Source: Macrostomum hystrix (Eukaryota; Animalia; Platyhelminthes). Taken from it: a DNA stretch of 64,000 bases. Numbering within the stretch: position 1 is the first letter of the stretch; every line of letters starts with the position of its first letter. The stretch lies in NCBI GenBank assembly GCA_950097015.1, contig CATNEN010000008.1, positions 2,046,001-2,110,000 of the forward strand. Direction: 5' to 3'. Positions 23,583 to 36,445 of this stretch are shown here, piece by piece. The notes beneath the pieces were generated by a model. The model had not been told where the DNA came from and did not search any database. It saw only the letters and a program-made list of their open reading frames with translations. A program made the translations under genes and the position numbers.

Positions 23583-23688
23583 AATTGATTAATTGATTGG
23601 TTGATTGGCTCATTGATCGATTGATTGATTGGTTTATTGATTGTTTAATTGATTGATTAATTGGTTGATTGATTAATTGGTTGGTTGG

Positions 23689-23743
<55 letters not shown>

Positions 23744-23748
23744 ATTTT

Positions 23749-23779
<31 letters not shown>

Positions 23780-23780
23780 G

Positions 23781-23843
<63 letters not shown>

Positions 23844-23931
23844 GTTGATTGGTTGATTGATTGATTGATTGATTGGTTGGTTGATTGGTTGATTGATTGA
23901 TTGATTGATTGATTAAATGAATGAATATTGG

Positions 23932-23969
<38 letters not shown>

Positions 23970-24045
23970 AGTTGATTGATTGGTTGATTGGTTGGTTGGT
24001 TGGTCGGTTGGTTGGTTGGTAGGTTGGTTGAATGAATGAATGAAT
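23205..24045. repeat. (GATT)n / (GGTT)n / (GAAT)n compound microsatellite
   Basis: Direct inspection. Confidence 0.96.
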
Positions 24046-24984
24046 ATTGGCTTATATGGATATATAGTTTAAATGGATAGATTGCATGCTTGCTTTTGTT
24101 GATTTATTGGTCGATTTCGGCTGATAGATTTTTATTGATCCGAATTTAGACAAATAAAGAGTTTTATGAAAACAAATTTTTTTGTTTGGTAAATTTTTAT
24201 TTTTTGTTTGATATTTTTATTGATTTACTTATTGATTGATCTCGCCCGATTGATTTATGTATGTTGATTTATAAGCACTTCATTGATTGATAGATGTGAC
24301 TCGTTTAATTGTTCTATCGATTAGTGCAAGTTTCGCCTAATTTGTTATAGTTATTTATTTATTTATTTATGTATTTTTATTGGTGATTGATTCTTATCGG
24401 TTGAGGTCGTTAGTTGATTGATCGACTGATACTATTTCATTGATTTAGAATGACAGTTTGATTGATTGATTGATTGATTTGTCGAGATGCTAAAAGAAGC
24501 ACCGTTTACTCAGACAGCCAATTTTATCTCAGCCATTAGCACGATGCCTAAAACCATCTGCTTCCCATTATCCCATTGCCTCTACCCGCCCCACTGACCC
24601 GTCCTCAGGCTGACCCCAAGAAAAGCGTTAACTTTGTTCATCAGCAATTTAACTCATTGATCTGCACCTCAGCCACAGACTCCATCAACACCAGGCCAGT
24701 GTGAGAGCTGGGGATGCCCGGCAACCCATTATAGGATATATATCCATTTGAGCGGATTATCCCAGAATAGTGGGGGTTGGCAAAGGGATAAAATAGTCAA
24801 GACAAATTCCCTAATTGATTTGTCAGCAATTTTTTTATCTGCTTTCACTCTTGCCAGGAAAACTGGCTGAGCCTGTAAAGGACTCGCTTTGATGAAGCCC
24901 AACTGCTTCTCGAAGACAAGCTAACAGCAAACTAACAAACTTTCTCTTTCTCGTCCATCCATCTGTTCCTAATCTGTCTTCTTC

Positions 24985-26695
24985 CTGCACCTCAATTCCT
25001 CCCCCTCGATTTCTCCCCCTCAATTCCCCCCTCCATTCCTCCCCCTCAATTCCTCCCCTCAATTTCTCCCCCCCTCAATTCCTCCCCCCTCAATTCCCCC
25101 CTCAATTCCTCCCCCTCAATCTCTCCCCCTCAATTCCTCCCCCTTAATTCCTCCCCCTCAATTTCTCCCCCCTCAATTCCTCCCCCCTCAATTTCTCCCC
25201 CCTCAATTTCTCCCCCTCAACTCCTCCCCTTCAATTCCTCCTCCTCAATTACTCCCTTCAATTCCTCCCCCCTCAATTCCTCCCCCTCAATTTCTGCCCC
25301 CTCAATTCCCCCCCTCAATTCCTCCCCCTCAATTTCTCCCCCTCAACTCCTCCCCTTCAATTCCTCCTCCTCAATTCCTCCCTTCAATTTCTCCCCCCTC
25401 AATTGCTCCGCTTAATTCCGGTCCCTCAATTTCTCCCCTTAATTCCTCCCCTCAATTCCTCCCCTTAATTCCTCCCCTCAATTTCTCCCCCCTCAATTCC
25501 TCCCCTTAATTCCTCCCCTTAATTCCTCTCCCTCAATTCGTCCCCTCAATTTCTCTCCCCTCAATTCATCCGCTTAATTCCTGTCCCTCAATTTCTCTCC
25601 TTGATTCCTCGCCTCAATTTCTCCCCTCAATTTCCCCCCTCAATTCCCCCCTCCATTCCTCCCCCTCAATTCCTCCCCTCAATTTCTCCCCCCCCCTCAA
25701 TTCCTCCCCCCTCAATTCCCCCCTCAATTCCTCCCCCTCAATCTCTCCCCCTCAATTCCTCCCCCTTAATTCCTCCCCCTCAATTTCTCCCCCCTCAATT
25801 CCTCCCCCCTCAATTTCTCCCCCCTCAATTTCTCCCCCTCAACTCCTCCCCTTCAATTCCTCCTCCTCAATTACTCCCTTCAATTCCTCCCCCCTCAATT
25901 CCACCCCCTCAATTTCTGCCCCCTCAATTCCCCCCCTCAATTCCTCCCCCTCAATTTCTCCCCCCTCAATTCCTCCCCCTCAATTTCTCCCCCTCAATTC
26001 CTCCCCTTCAATTCCTCCTCCTCAATTCCTCCCTTCAATTTCTCCCCCCTCAATTGCTCCGCTTAATTCCGGTCCCTCAATTTCTCCCCTTAATTCCTCC
26101 CCTCAATTCCTCCCCTTAATTCCTCCCCTCAATTTCTCCCCCCTCAATTCCTCCCCTTAATTCCTCCCCTTAATTCCTCTCCCTCAATTCGTCCCCTCAA
26201 TTTCTCTCCCCTCAATTCATCCGCTTAATTCCTGTCCCTCAATTTCTCTCCTTGATTCCTCGCCTCAATTTCTTCCCTCAATTTCTCCCCCTCAATTCCT
26301 CCCCCTCAATTCCTCTCCCTCCATTCCTCTACCTCAATTCCTCCCCTCAATTTCTCCCCCCTCAATTCATCCGCTCAATTCCGGTCCCTCAATTTCTTCC
26401 CCTCAATTCCTCCCCCTCAATTCCTCTCCCTCCATTCCTCTCCCTCAATTCCTCCCCTCAATTTCTCCCCCCTCAATTCATCCACTCAATTCCGGTCCCT
26501 CAATTTCTCCCCCTCAATTCCTCCCCCTCAATTCCTCTCCCTCCATTCCTATCCCTCAATTCCTCCCCTCAATTTCTCCCCCCTCAATTCATCCGCTCAA
26601 TTCCGGTCCCTCAATTTCTCCCCTTAATTCCTCCCCTTAATTCCTCCCCTTAATTCCTCCCCTTAATTGCTCTCCCTCAATTCCCCCCCAATTCG
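24985..26695. repeat. C-rich minisatellite, ~13-16 bp unit (TCAATTCCTCCCCC) with a ~630-650 bp internal block duplication
   Basis: Variant order starting at 25021 repeats from ~25641. Confidence 0.94.
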
Positions 26696-27324
26696 TTTTC
26701 TCTAATCAGTTTCTTCATCCGTTTTTTTACTCTGTTTAAAAATTCAACACTGAACGCAAAGCTTTCACGAGAAGAAAATTTTAGTTTTTTTTCTTTATTT
26801 GGTGCTTTTTAATTTACAGAACGAAAATCAGAAAAAGGTGAGGTTAAGCAAGCAAACTGCATGAAACTGTACACAAGACGAGAAGCGCTTGAGTGAACAG
26901 AACTACGAAAAAAGCATGTGTTAAAGTCTATTTTAAATTGACTAACATAAAATAACAATAGCATGAGTTGATGCAATAAAGGGGAGAAGATTAAAACTAT
27001 TATTCGTGATTAAAAGTACAAATTTGGTCTAGTAATACAGTTAAACCGCGGACAATATTATAGCAAAACATAAAAATCAAACCAATGTAATAAAATCAGA
27101 CAAAGTATTAAAAAATCAACACATTCACGAAAAGAAACCTTTATTCTACCAATTATAATAATAGACTGCTTGGAGTTAGGAAAAGCAAATAACAATTTCC
27201 TGACATTGAGAACCGTTTTTTACTGAAATTGACAGCTCTTTGACAAACTCTATACTCAAGAAGAAAATTGATTGACAGTGAAAAAAACAATAACAATTCA
27301 AAAGCGTTAGGTAAGAGTTGTCAA

Positions 27325-27620
27325 CGTTCTCATGGATGGCAGTGAGTAGTTTAGAGTTCTCATATCCTTCTCATGGATGGCATTGAGTAGGTTTGAGTTC
27401 TCATATCATTCTCATGGATGGCATTGAGTAGGTTAGAGTTCTCATATCATTCTCATGGATGGCAGTGAGTAGGTTAGAGTTCTCATATCATTCTCATGGA
27501 TGGCAGTGAGTAGGTTTGAGTTCTCATATCATTCTCATGGATGGCATTGAGTAGGTTTGAGTTCTCATATCATTCTCACGGATGGCATTGAGTAGGTTAG
27601 AGTTCTCATATCATTCTTAC
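27325..27620. repeat. Minisatellite, 41 bp unit (TTCTCATGGATGGCATTGAGTAGGTTAGAGTTCTCATATCA), ~7 copies
   Basis: Tandem units, about 35 bp beyond the M13-like stop. Confidence 0.94.
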
Positions 27621-27656
27621 AAAAGTTATCGTGTTATGTAATTAAACTAATGGTTT

Positions 27657-28925
27657 TCAGTCGCATTGGCTTGCCTCGCCCAAGAACTTGCAGGCGAAAC
27701 TGTAGGAAAACTCCGCCATTCGTGACAGCACTTGAGCCTGCTCGGACATCGCCGAGTTCTTCTCGCCTTCAGCGGCCGCCAGCCTACGGCAACCCAGCTG
27801 AGCGTTGGCGACGAAGAAGGCTTGGCCAACCGTCAGAATCCTGCCACCCGGCTGGTCTTTGACTTCAATCGTTGCCAAAGGATCAGCCATCTGACGGAAG
27901 GCCATTCGCGCGGCAATCTGTCGACGGTCGGGACATGCCGGACTCGCTGGGCGCCTCATCAGCAGCCGCTTAGCCGCCATGTAGCCCAGCCGGGCCAGCC
28001 GCACCTCCAGGATGTCGGAGTCCATCAGAGGCAGATGGAACATCGTCGGGAAGCTCAAGCTGAAACTGTCCCGCTTCTCGTCGCCCTCTTCGCCACCGTC
28101 GATCGTCGGCGCCTCGTACGGCGGACCCTGGCCGACTCCGGGCCAGCCGAGTTGAACGGCCATCCAGTAGGCTGATTGGCGAGCGAATCGTTTCGCGTCC
28201 AGCACCGCGATCAGGTAGGCGTCGGACTCGATGCCGCGGTCGGCGTCCATAATACGCAGCTTCTCGTAGGCGTTGATAAAGTGCAACTCCTTACTAAGGT
28301 AGGCCGGCCACACTTTCTCGGCTTCCTCTAAGCCAATTTTATTTGCGTCAGTCGTAGATTCTGTTAGATTTTCAAAATCGGCGATTTTCTCAACTAGTCG
28401 TCGATAGTTGATTGCGGCGATTGGCCCCGAATCGCCCAGTCGGGGATCTTTGACAAACGACTCGGCAACCAACTGGGGTAGCAGCTCATAGCCGATGGCT
28501 AGACAACGCTGGACAATGCTTGGATACGTTGGCGTCCTTGACAACAGAGCCGGCTGTTTTCTAATAAACGCAGGCATTGAACCGTCGAGTCTATTGAAGA
28601 ATTTAGTCAGATGCTGGGCAAACGGTTCCAGGCGGATGAGGGCGCTCACGAAACCGTAGGAAATCAGCACGTCCGAATCTAGGCGAGCTGCCAGACGAAG
28701 CAGGCGAGCCACGGCGCGTCGGCGACTCACCAGCAGGCCTCTATAGCGACCCTCCGGCCAGGCTGCACCGGGAGCAAGCAGGCCGTTTCTGAACCGCTCC
28801 CAACCGCCCTTGCTGTGGCCGAAGAGTTCGCGAGCCTCGGTGAAGCTCAGCGGCTCCGGTAGCCGACGATCGCCGGCGCTGTTGTCCGACGCTATGAGGC
28901 TGGCGTTACCATGGAAGTAGGCCAC
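27657..28925 (-). CDS. Neprilysin/ECE (peptidase M13)-like protein, exon 2 (terminal), lacking HExxH
   Basis: Acceptor ctccacgccag|GTG, phase 0; CL..GYELLPQLVAESFV matches the M13 'C.....lp.avg.lYV' segment; SFPTMFHLPL aligns with FPAGILQPPF; FFVANAQLGC and C-terminal FSYSFAC....SQC match M13 motifs. Confidence 0.85.
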   Translation of the reverse strand: MAYFHGNASLIASDNSAGDRRLPEPLSFTEARELFGHSKGGWERFRNGLLAPGAAWPEGRYRGLLVSRRRAVARLLRLAARLDSDVLISYGFVSALIRLEPFAQHLTKFFNRLDGSMPAFIRKQPALLSRTPTYPSIVQRCLAIGYELLPQLVAESFVKDPRLGDSGPIAAINYRRLVEKIADFENLTESTTDANKIGLEEAEKVWPAYLSKELHFINAYEKLRIMDADRGIESDAYLIAVLDAKRFARQSAYWMAVQLGWPGVGQGPPYEAPTIDGGEEGDEKRDSFSLSFPTMFHLPLMDSDILEVRLARLGYMAAKRLLMRRPASPACPDRRQIAARMAFRQMADPLATIEVKDQPGGRILTVGQAFFVANAQLGCRRLAAAEGEKNSAMSEQAQVLSRMAEFSYSFACKFLGEASQCD

Positions 28926-28971
28926 CTGGCGTGGAGAGTTTCACAAGATTAATGGCAATTTTATTCAAGCA

Positions 28972-29400
28972 TGTGGGTTTTCCCTTCGAGTATAAGGGAT
29001 TTCCTTTCGAGTATAAGGGATTTCCTTTCGAGTATCTGGGATTTCCCTTCAAGTATCTGGGATTTCCCTTTTAAGTATCTGGGATTTCCCTTCGAGTATC
29101 TGGAATTTCCCTTCGAGTATCTGGAATTTCCCTTCGAGTCTCTGGGATTTCCCTTCGAATCTCGAGGATTTCGCTTGGAATCTCTAGGATTAACCTATGG
29201 GTCTCCGGGATTTAGTTTAAAGCCTCAAGGGTTTCTCTATAAGCTTCTGGGATCTCCCTACAAGCCTCTTGGATTTCCTTGTATGCTTCTGGGATTTCCT
29301 TGTAAGCTTCTGGGATTTCGTCTATGAGCTAGCTTCTGGGATTTACCTTCAAGACTCTGGCATTTTCCTGCAAGTCTCTTGGATTTCCTTTCGATTCTCT
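28972..29400. repeat. Intronic minisatellite, 21 bp unit (GGGATTTCCCTTCGAGTATCT), degenerating toward 29400
   Basis: Tandem units fill most of the M13-like intron 28926-29509. Confidence 0.9.
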
Positions 29401-29509
29401 GGGTTTTCCCATCAAGCACCAACCTCTACTCTTGGATTTGGGATTTCACAGTCGTACTATTTTCTAAGATTATCCCATTAGTTTGAATCCGAAGCTAGAA
29501 ATCCCCTAC

Positions 29510-30559
29510 CTGCGTTGCAATCAAATGCGGCATTCCTTTGCCAAATAGGCTGAACACCGACTTCACCAGCTCCACCACCCGGCTGTGCTCGGCGTCAGCT
29601 GGAATCGGCGACATCGCCGGCTGAAGAATCCACGGCAGCTGATGCTCCACGCCGGCATCCGTTCTCGGCGAAGTCGGCAGCTGTACGTCTAGTACAATGG
29701 GCATGCCGTGGACCGCGAACTGAGCCAGAGCCTCCTCGTAGCTGAACTTGTCGTCCCAGGTGACGGAGCGCTGGCCCAGGATGCTGATCGGAGTGAACCT
29801 GCCAGCGTCCTCGGAGAATAATCTCCGAAGCGTGTCCATGGAGAAGTTGGCACCGGCTGCGGCGCAGAGGCGGGTCAGATTCGACAGCGCCGAAGTCCAG
29901 GAGCTGCTAGCCGACCGGCCAGCCAGCAGGCGGTCTTCGAGCAGCTCGGCGATGCGCCGGTTCCGGTCTCCAGCCACCGAGCGCACAGTCTCGCGCCATC
30001 GCAGCGGGGCAGTCCTGGCGAAGTCTCCGCATGCGAAGCGCTCGAAGCTGTCGCAGGCATTCGCAGTTCGGTCGGCCAGTCTAGCCCAGTCGTTGCCAAC
30101 GCCGATGAAGCAGGACTTCGTTGAAGAACCAGGCGACTGGCCGGCGACTTGAGCGCGAGCGAACGACGACGAAGCTGAATGCCAGACCCCGGCGCCGCCA
30201 GTCGCTGACTGCAGGTACAGGAAGGCCATGACTCCGAAGCCAGCCACAAAGCAGCACAGGAGAATGCCCAGAATGGTCGATGCGATGGAGCATCTGGTTC
30301 CCATGGCAACCGTCGGATGCCCGTCGTCCACGTCGGCTTCGCTGCTTCCGCTTTCGACTCGAAGTTTTCCGTTGCCGCCGCCGCTGCCGCCGCCGTTCGC
30401 CGAGCTGGTGTTGTTGTTGTTCCTGCCGTTGCTGGACCCGGGCGGCGAGGACGTGGCCGTTGATTCAACCAGCAGCTTCTCGGAGGCTTCCTCATCTTCG
30501 GGAGTCAGCGGCTGCTGCTGCATTTTAGACGGCGTCAGAGCGGAAGAAGCTTCATTCAT
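29510..30559 (-). CDS. Neprilysin/ECE (M13)-like protein, exon 1: cytoplasmic tail, type II TM anchor, N-terminal cysteine cluster
   Basis: ATG 30559; TM IASTILGILLCCFVAGFGVMAFLYL; C....LADRTANACDSFERFACG matches M13 'd.svdPCdDFyqFACG'; donor CAG|gtaggg; joined length 772 aa. Confidence 0.87.
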
Positions 30560-32202
30560 TTTAGAAAACTATAATTTATTTTTTAAACGATATTCGCTCG
30601 CACAGATTAATTGGTGTAGTCAGTTTCGTCTGAAGCGAAACACTTTTATGCCAATGCAAACGTCGTCTCATTGGTCCTTGCCAAGTCCTGGCCAATGGGA
30701 GAGAGCTTCCGTGTCTCAGGAAATCAGACACTGGACTGGGAGACCGGCTCCTCCCACAGCCAGGCATGGAGGGGGTCAGCAGTTCCCAACCCGTCCGATA
30801 GTCGGTCTCAGATTTCTTAGCTCCCATTTCGTAGATAATTCTGTTAAGCTTGGTCCCACCCGAGTGGCACGATCCGCACACATCCCTGATGGTGGTGGGT
30901 GGGTATTGCGCAATCCTAGAATCCCATGCTGAGCCAACTGGCTATTGGTCTCGTGAGAATCGAGGGAAGTGACTAAAAAAATAAGAGAACTTTTTTGCTG
31001 TCACCACTTTCACTGCAAAAAAAATCGACAGTCGTGTGGAAAAAATTGAAGTCAACAATTTTAAAAAGGTTTTCAGTGTTTTCATCCGCAGCCTCCTGTC
31101 GCCAAATAGGGAGATTCCCCCCCACTCATACTTATGTCCAAAGTATGCTTAACATTTCATCTATCTGTCGACATATGATACGATCATCCTTGTGTTCTGG
31201 CTTCAATCTTTAAGGCTCGCGCCCTCATTAGCATGCCAAATGGAACGAAGATAAGAATGATTCAACTGTTTAATGGTGTGACTCGAAACACTGCATCGAA
31301 AATTTGTAACAAAGACTTGCTTGTATAGAATCCGAGCTGTGAAGGGGTTTGCACAACAGCCTGTCCGTGACTAGACCCTATTTATCGAGTTAGAAAGACC
31401 CGAACAGATAAGAGGCTTCTCGGCTCCTTTCTCACTTTCTTAAATAGTTAGTGCTCAAATTTGTGCTCACACAGTCGGACGGGCGAACTGTTGAGGTGCC
31501 CGTTTTGTCACGAACAAAGCCTTCCCGTGTAAGTGAGGGGAATTAACGGAGGAAGGACCCGTGTTGGCATATATCCTATTTCAGTATTTGCGTATTTAAT
31601 AGTGAATTCTTATTTGCCCACCGACTGGGGGCTTGCATTTTCAGTTTTTTAGTTGCTACGGGGCAGGATTCGGATATAAGAAATCTGGGTTATGAACCAG
31701 CCATGTACAGTAGTAGCAGGCAACTGATGTGAGTAACGACATCGTTACCTGACACATCCCTCCCTTCCGGGCGCCTCATGCCTTATGAATTTCCTATTTT
31801 TTCTCAAATCACACTAATTTGACATGTTCCATGTGTATTAGTTTTTTCCCCGGAGTGGGATTTTGAAACCCCGCAATTTTGGCCGCCACTCGGATGCCTT
31901 ATGCCGCTGCAATTATCTGAGTGTTATTTCGACTCTGAAGTATTGCGATGGGAGTTTTAAAAATATGGGATAATTTATTAGAATGAAGTCTGTCAGGCTA
32001 TTTTAGAAAAATAATAATGAGTTTCTAATGCTAAGCCAAATCCTGATTGAGACAATGGGATACCTGAATGGGAAATCACAAGTGGGCGAAATTTTTATCG
32101 CGAGTCAGTCAATTATCGACCCACTTCAGAGGCGATGAGCAGTTTTATGACTAAAATGTCATTATTATTTTTGTGATAAGGTGAACTAGTGATAAGGTGA
32201 AC

Positions 32203-32485
<283 letters not shown>

Positions 32486-33869
32486 TAGTATTACTAATGA
32501 CATCAAAGCAGCCAACTACAAAATCTCATCTAGCTATTGAATTACATCCAAGCCTACGCACATTGCATTAAGTGTCAGTCAATTTGTCTCCGAAATGCAA
32601 TCAGGTCGTGTATGTTGCAGTTGTTACTCCGGTGAGCTGGCGATGACGGGTGCCAAGTAATTTTCTCACGGGCTCATCAAGCAAGCGGAGGTGGGGTGGC
32701 TGTGCCAGCCCTGGGGTCGTCTCAAGTGGATAGTCAATGGGATCTTCCACTACTACTGCGCTAACTGCGCCCCGTACCGCTCCAAGGGATTTGACTTCGT
32801 TACGATGACGCAATAACCTAACCCAGGGCCTTGTCATGGAGGCGCCCCTAGGATCCGCTGATGAGCTCGGACACAAGTGCTCAAGCTAGAAATAATAATG
32901 AATATCGCATTGCTTTTGTCTGCATTGCAAGCCCTCCCTGCTCATACTGTCTCAAAACCAGACTCAGAGGCTAGCCAAGTGACTGATGCAATTATTATCT
33001 AGCTATATACTGTTCGTTTCTCGAGCTTGCCCGCGGCGGCCGACGAATCCTGTGACGAAGGCTGAAGGAGATTTGGGAAACTTGTGAAGCCGGGTTCAGC
33101 ACAATTAGTCGGCTGTCATTGGACCTCTCCCTAGTCAAAAGTTTTTCCCATTGTCTGCCTGTCAAAAACTGTTCAACATCCGTTTGAAATAATGGAGACA
33201 GGTGTATCATTATCTTCTTTTAGTAGCAATAGCCATGTTTTAGTCTCTCGGATTACATCAGAAGTTGTCAGGGCTTGAGTTGACATGGGATATCACTATA
33301 GGCAAGTTGATTTTAAAGTTTTTAATCCCAATTCCTGATGGCTGAAATAACAGCGCACACTAAACTCATATGATATTTTACTTAAAATTTTCTTTAATAC
33401 GAGAAAAGCTACCCATCTATCTACTAGCTACCCATCTATCTACACCTACCCATCTCACCACTGCGAACTGGGAGAAAAGAATGAGAAGTGTCTCGTGAGA
33501 GGATAGAAAATATTCTATACTAAAAAATATCCCTTTCCTGTCAGTTCTGTCAGTCCAAGTGGATCAGTTTTTTTTGGGAGCTGGGAAGACTTCAACTGAC
33601 AAAGCGGATGAATTGTTAAATCAGTTGGAGAGCCTTCGATGTGTGAAGTGTATCCTTCTGTAGTGCCAGGTTTAAGAAAGCCCAGCTATTTATAAGCGGC
33701 GGTGTATTCTTCTGAAGTTCCATCAGAAGCTGCTACTGAATAGCGAGATGCGACGCTTAGGTACTGGGGTTGATTGGGAGTGAGTTAAAGATAATTATAA
33801 TAAGGGGAGAATTTTACTTCATTTGAGGTTAGATCTTAGAGAGATAAAAGATCGGAGATAAGAGACGAG

Positions 33870-34265
33870 AGATGAGGGATGGGAAATCGGAGATAGGAAA
33901 TTGGAGATATGAGATTGGAGATTGGAGATGGAAGATGGGATATAGGAGATGAGAGATGGGAGATGGGAGATGGGAGATTGGAGATGGGAGATTAGAGATG
34001 GGAGATGGGAGATTGGAGATGGAAGATGGGAGATGGGAGATGATAGATGGGAGATGAGAGATGGGAGATGGGAGATAAGAGATGGGAGATAGGAGATGAG
34101 AGATGGGAGATGGGAGATGGGAGATGGAAGGTGAGAGATGGGAAATTGTAGATAGGAAATGTGAGATAGGAGATGTGGGATGGGAGATGGGAGATGGGAG
34201 ATGGGAGATGGGAGATGGGAGATGAGAGATGGGAGATACGAGAGAAAAAATAATATGAGAATGGA
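33870..34265. repeat. (GAGATGG)n heptamer repeat
   Basis: Direct inspection. Confidence 0.93.
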
Positions 34266-35059
34266 GAGGGAGTTTCTCAGATAGTAGAGTTAAAGGTGAG
34301 ATTTAGGCGAGAAGCAAACCCTCAGCTAGGTCTTACTACGAGTTGTTCAGTAAAAAATGAAAAAATATGCACAAATTTGACATCGTTAAGAATCCTAGTA
34401 CTCATCACTGCTAGCCTCAATTCTCTGTCCTTCAATTCGTTAATCCCAGAGGATCGATAATGCAAATCCAGCCGGGAATTATTGATTTTCTCTTACGTAG
34501 AAAAACTTAGAGGCTTTCAAAGAGCAAACAAACAAAAACTAACCACCCGCCCTAAAAGAAGTTTTTGCCCTGGGATCAATCTAGTTTTGTTCAAGTAAGT
34601 CTTGATCCTAAGTCCTAAATGCTGGCATTGATTTTTTCAATCCCCTACCTCTACGCTGGGATCAGAGTCAGCAATTGGGGATCTTGGAATAGATTTGCGA
34701 TGAGCTAGATCTGCGTGTTACCGACAATCTTCTTCCTTTTCTCGAAGTTCCTTTCAGGTCGGAGGAAGTTAAAATCCTATAGAGAGGATTTCTGCCTGAA
34801 GGCATCAAGAGTAAATAGAGGTCACCTGGGGATCACGATGCGGGATGGGTTCCAGGAAAATCTCCTTGTTGCTCCGGGGGGGCGCTCCGATTCGAAGTAA
34901 TTCCTTACACACCAATTTCTCATTGCCACGATATTAGGATAATTATCTAAGCACACTATTTTTCTAAGAAACCAATGAAGGAAACTAAAAAGATTAATTA
35001 TACTTTTTCTCCTAAGATAATGATCAGTCTCAACACGCTATCTTCCTACCTGTAGTTTG

Positions 35060-35550
35060 TCTCAATTCCATAATCTCTTATAATCTCACGTGTCTCAATT
35101 CCATAATCTCTTATAATCTCATGTGTCTCTATTCCATAATCTCAATCTAATCTCATGTGTCTCTATTCCATAATATCCTCTAATCTCATGTGTCTCTATT
35201 CCATAATCTTACTCTAATCTAATTTGTCTCTATTCTATAATCTCACTCTAATCTAATTTGTCTCTATTCCATAATCTCACTCTAATCTAATTTGTCTCTA
35301 TTCCATAATCTCACTCTAATCTAATTTGTCTCTATTCCATAATCTCACTCTAATCTAATTTGTCTCTATTCCATAATCTCAATCTAATCTCATGTGTCTC
35401 TACTACAGTATATCATTCTAATCTGAATTGTCTCTATTCCATAATCCATATTTAATCTCACGTATATCCATTTCATAATCTCTCTCCAATCTCAAAAGTC
35501 TCTACTTCAAAGTCTAACTCTAATCTCATGTGTCTCTATTCTATAATCTC
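35060..35550. repeat. Minisatellite, ~34 bp unit (TGTCTCTATTCCATAATCTCACTCTAATCTAATT)
   Basis: Homogeneous core with degenerate ends. Confidence 0.9.
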
Positions 35551-36264
35551 TCTTATGTACCTATAATTAGAGTCTTTGTGCTAGTCTAGTTCCTAGTTTC
35601 ATACAATATTTCAACTCGGATAGGCCATAAATTACAAAAAAACCAGTGACCTGATGGGTTGGCCGTCTTCAATTAGCATTGCGAATGATTGACACAGTCA
35701 AGTGTTGAGATTGAGATCAAGCATTGAGAGAGGCTGGGAAAGTGAAAATGAGCAACTGACTGTATATGGAATAGCCATGACTGGCTAAGATATGAAGGAG
35801 CAACTGCTCTTGACTCTGAAGTAGCCAGTCTGCGAGGGTCGCGAGGTCATTGGGATCTCTCTAGCCTTCTCAAAATCTGAGGATTCTATCCGTCCAGCTG
35901 CCTTCATCTTCATATAGGCCTCAAGTCCTGCTGATGCTGACAGGGTAAAGTGGGCCGGGGCGGGTCATGGGATTCTAAGAAATAGAATGCCACCCAAGCA
36001 TTTTCTATGACTCAATTCCGCTGTGGCCTACTACAATAAACACTAAAATAAATTGCAGTAGCCACACTCATGCGCTCTGCATCCGAATAATCTAAGGCGA
36101 TCGGTCGAATGATTTTTTACTAAATACCCTTGCCTCAACAAGGTGTCCGCTTTAACTGTCACATTTTCTTCACAGCAATCAGTGCCCCTTGCGGCTGATT
36201 GAGCACTGCAATTAGCTGCTTTCTCTGATCAGAGGTGCAGAGACTAGTTGAAATCCTTCTTTCA

Positions 36265-36445
36265 TTGAGATTTCCCTGATTCCTTCAATGAGATTTCCCT
36301 GATTCCTTCATTGAGATTTCCATGATTCCTTCAATGAGATTTCCCTGATTCCTTCATTGAGATTTCCATGATTCCTTCATTGAGATTTCCCTGATTCCTT
36401 CATTGAGATTTCCATGATTCCTTCATTGAGATTTCCCTGATTTCA
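36265..36445. repeat. Minisatellite, 23 bp unit (GATTCCTTCATTGAGATTTCC(C/A)T)
   Basis: About 7 copies; same family as 37390-38770. Confidence 0.92.

Noticed and set aside
19737-24990. Downstream kinase/WD40 exons that would make the Roco gene an LRRK
   Set aside because: There is an in-frame stop at 19734-19736 and no kinase motifs in the islands that follow
28972-29160. Tandem NF-kB-like sites (GGGATTTCCC)
   Set aside because: The match arises from the repeat unit; there is no evidence for the factor in this lineage, and the location is mid-intron
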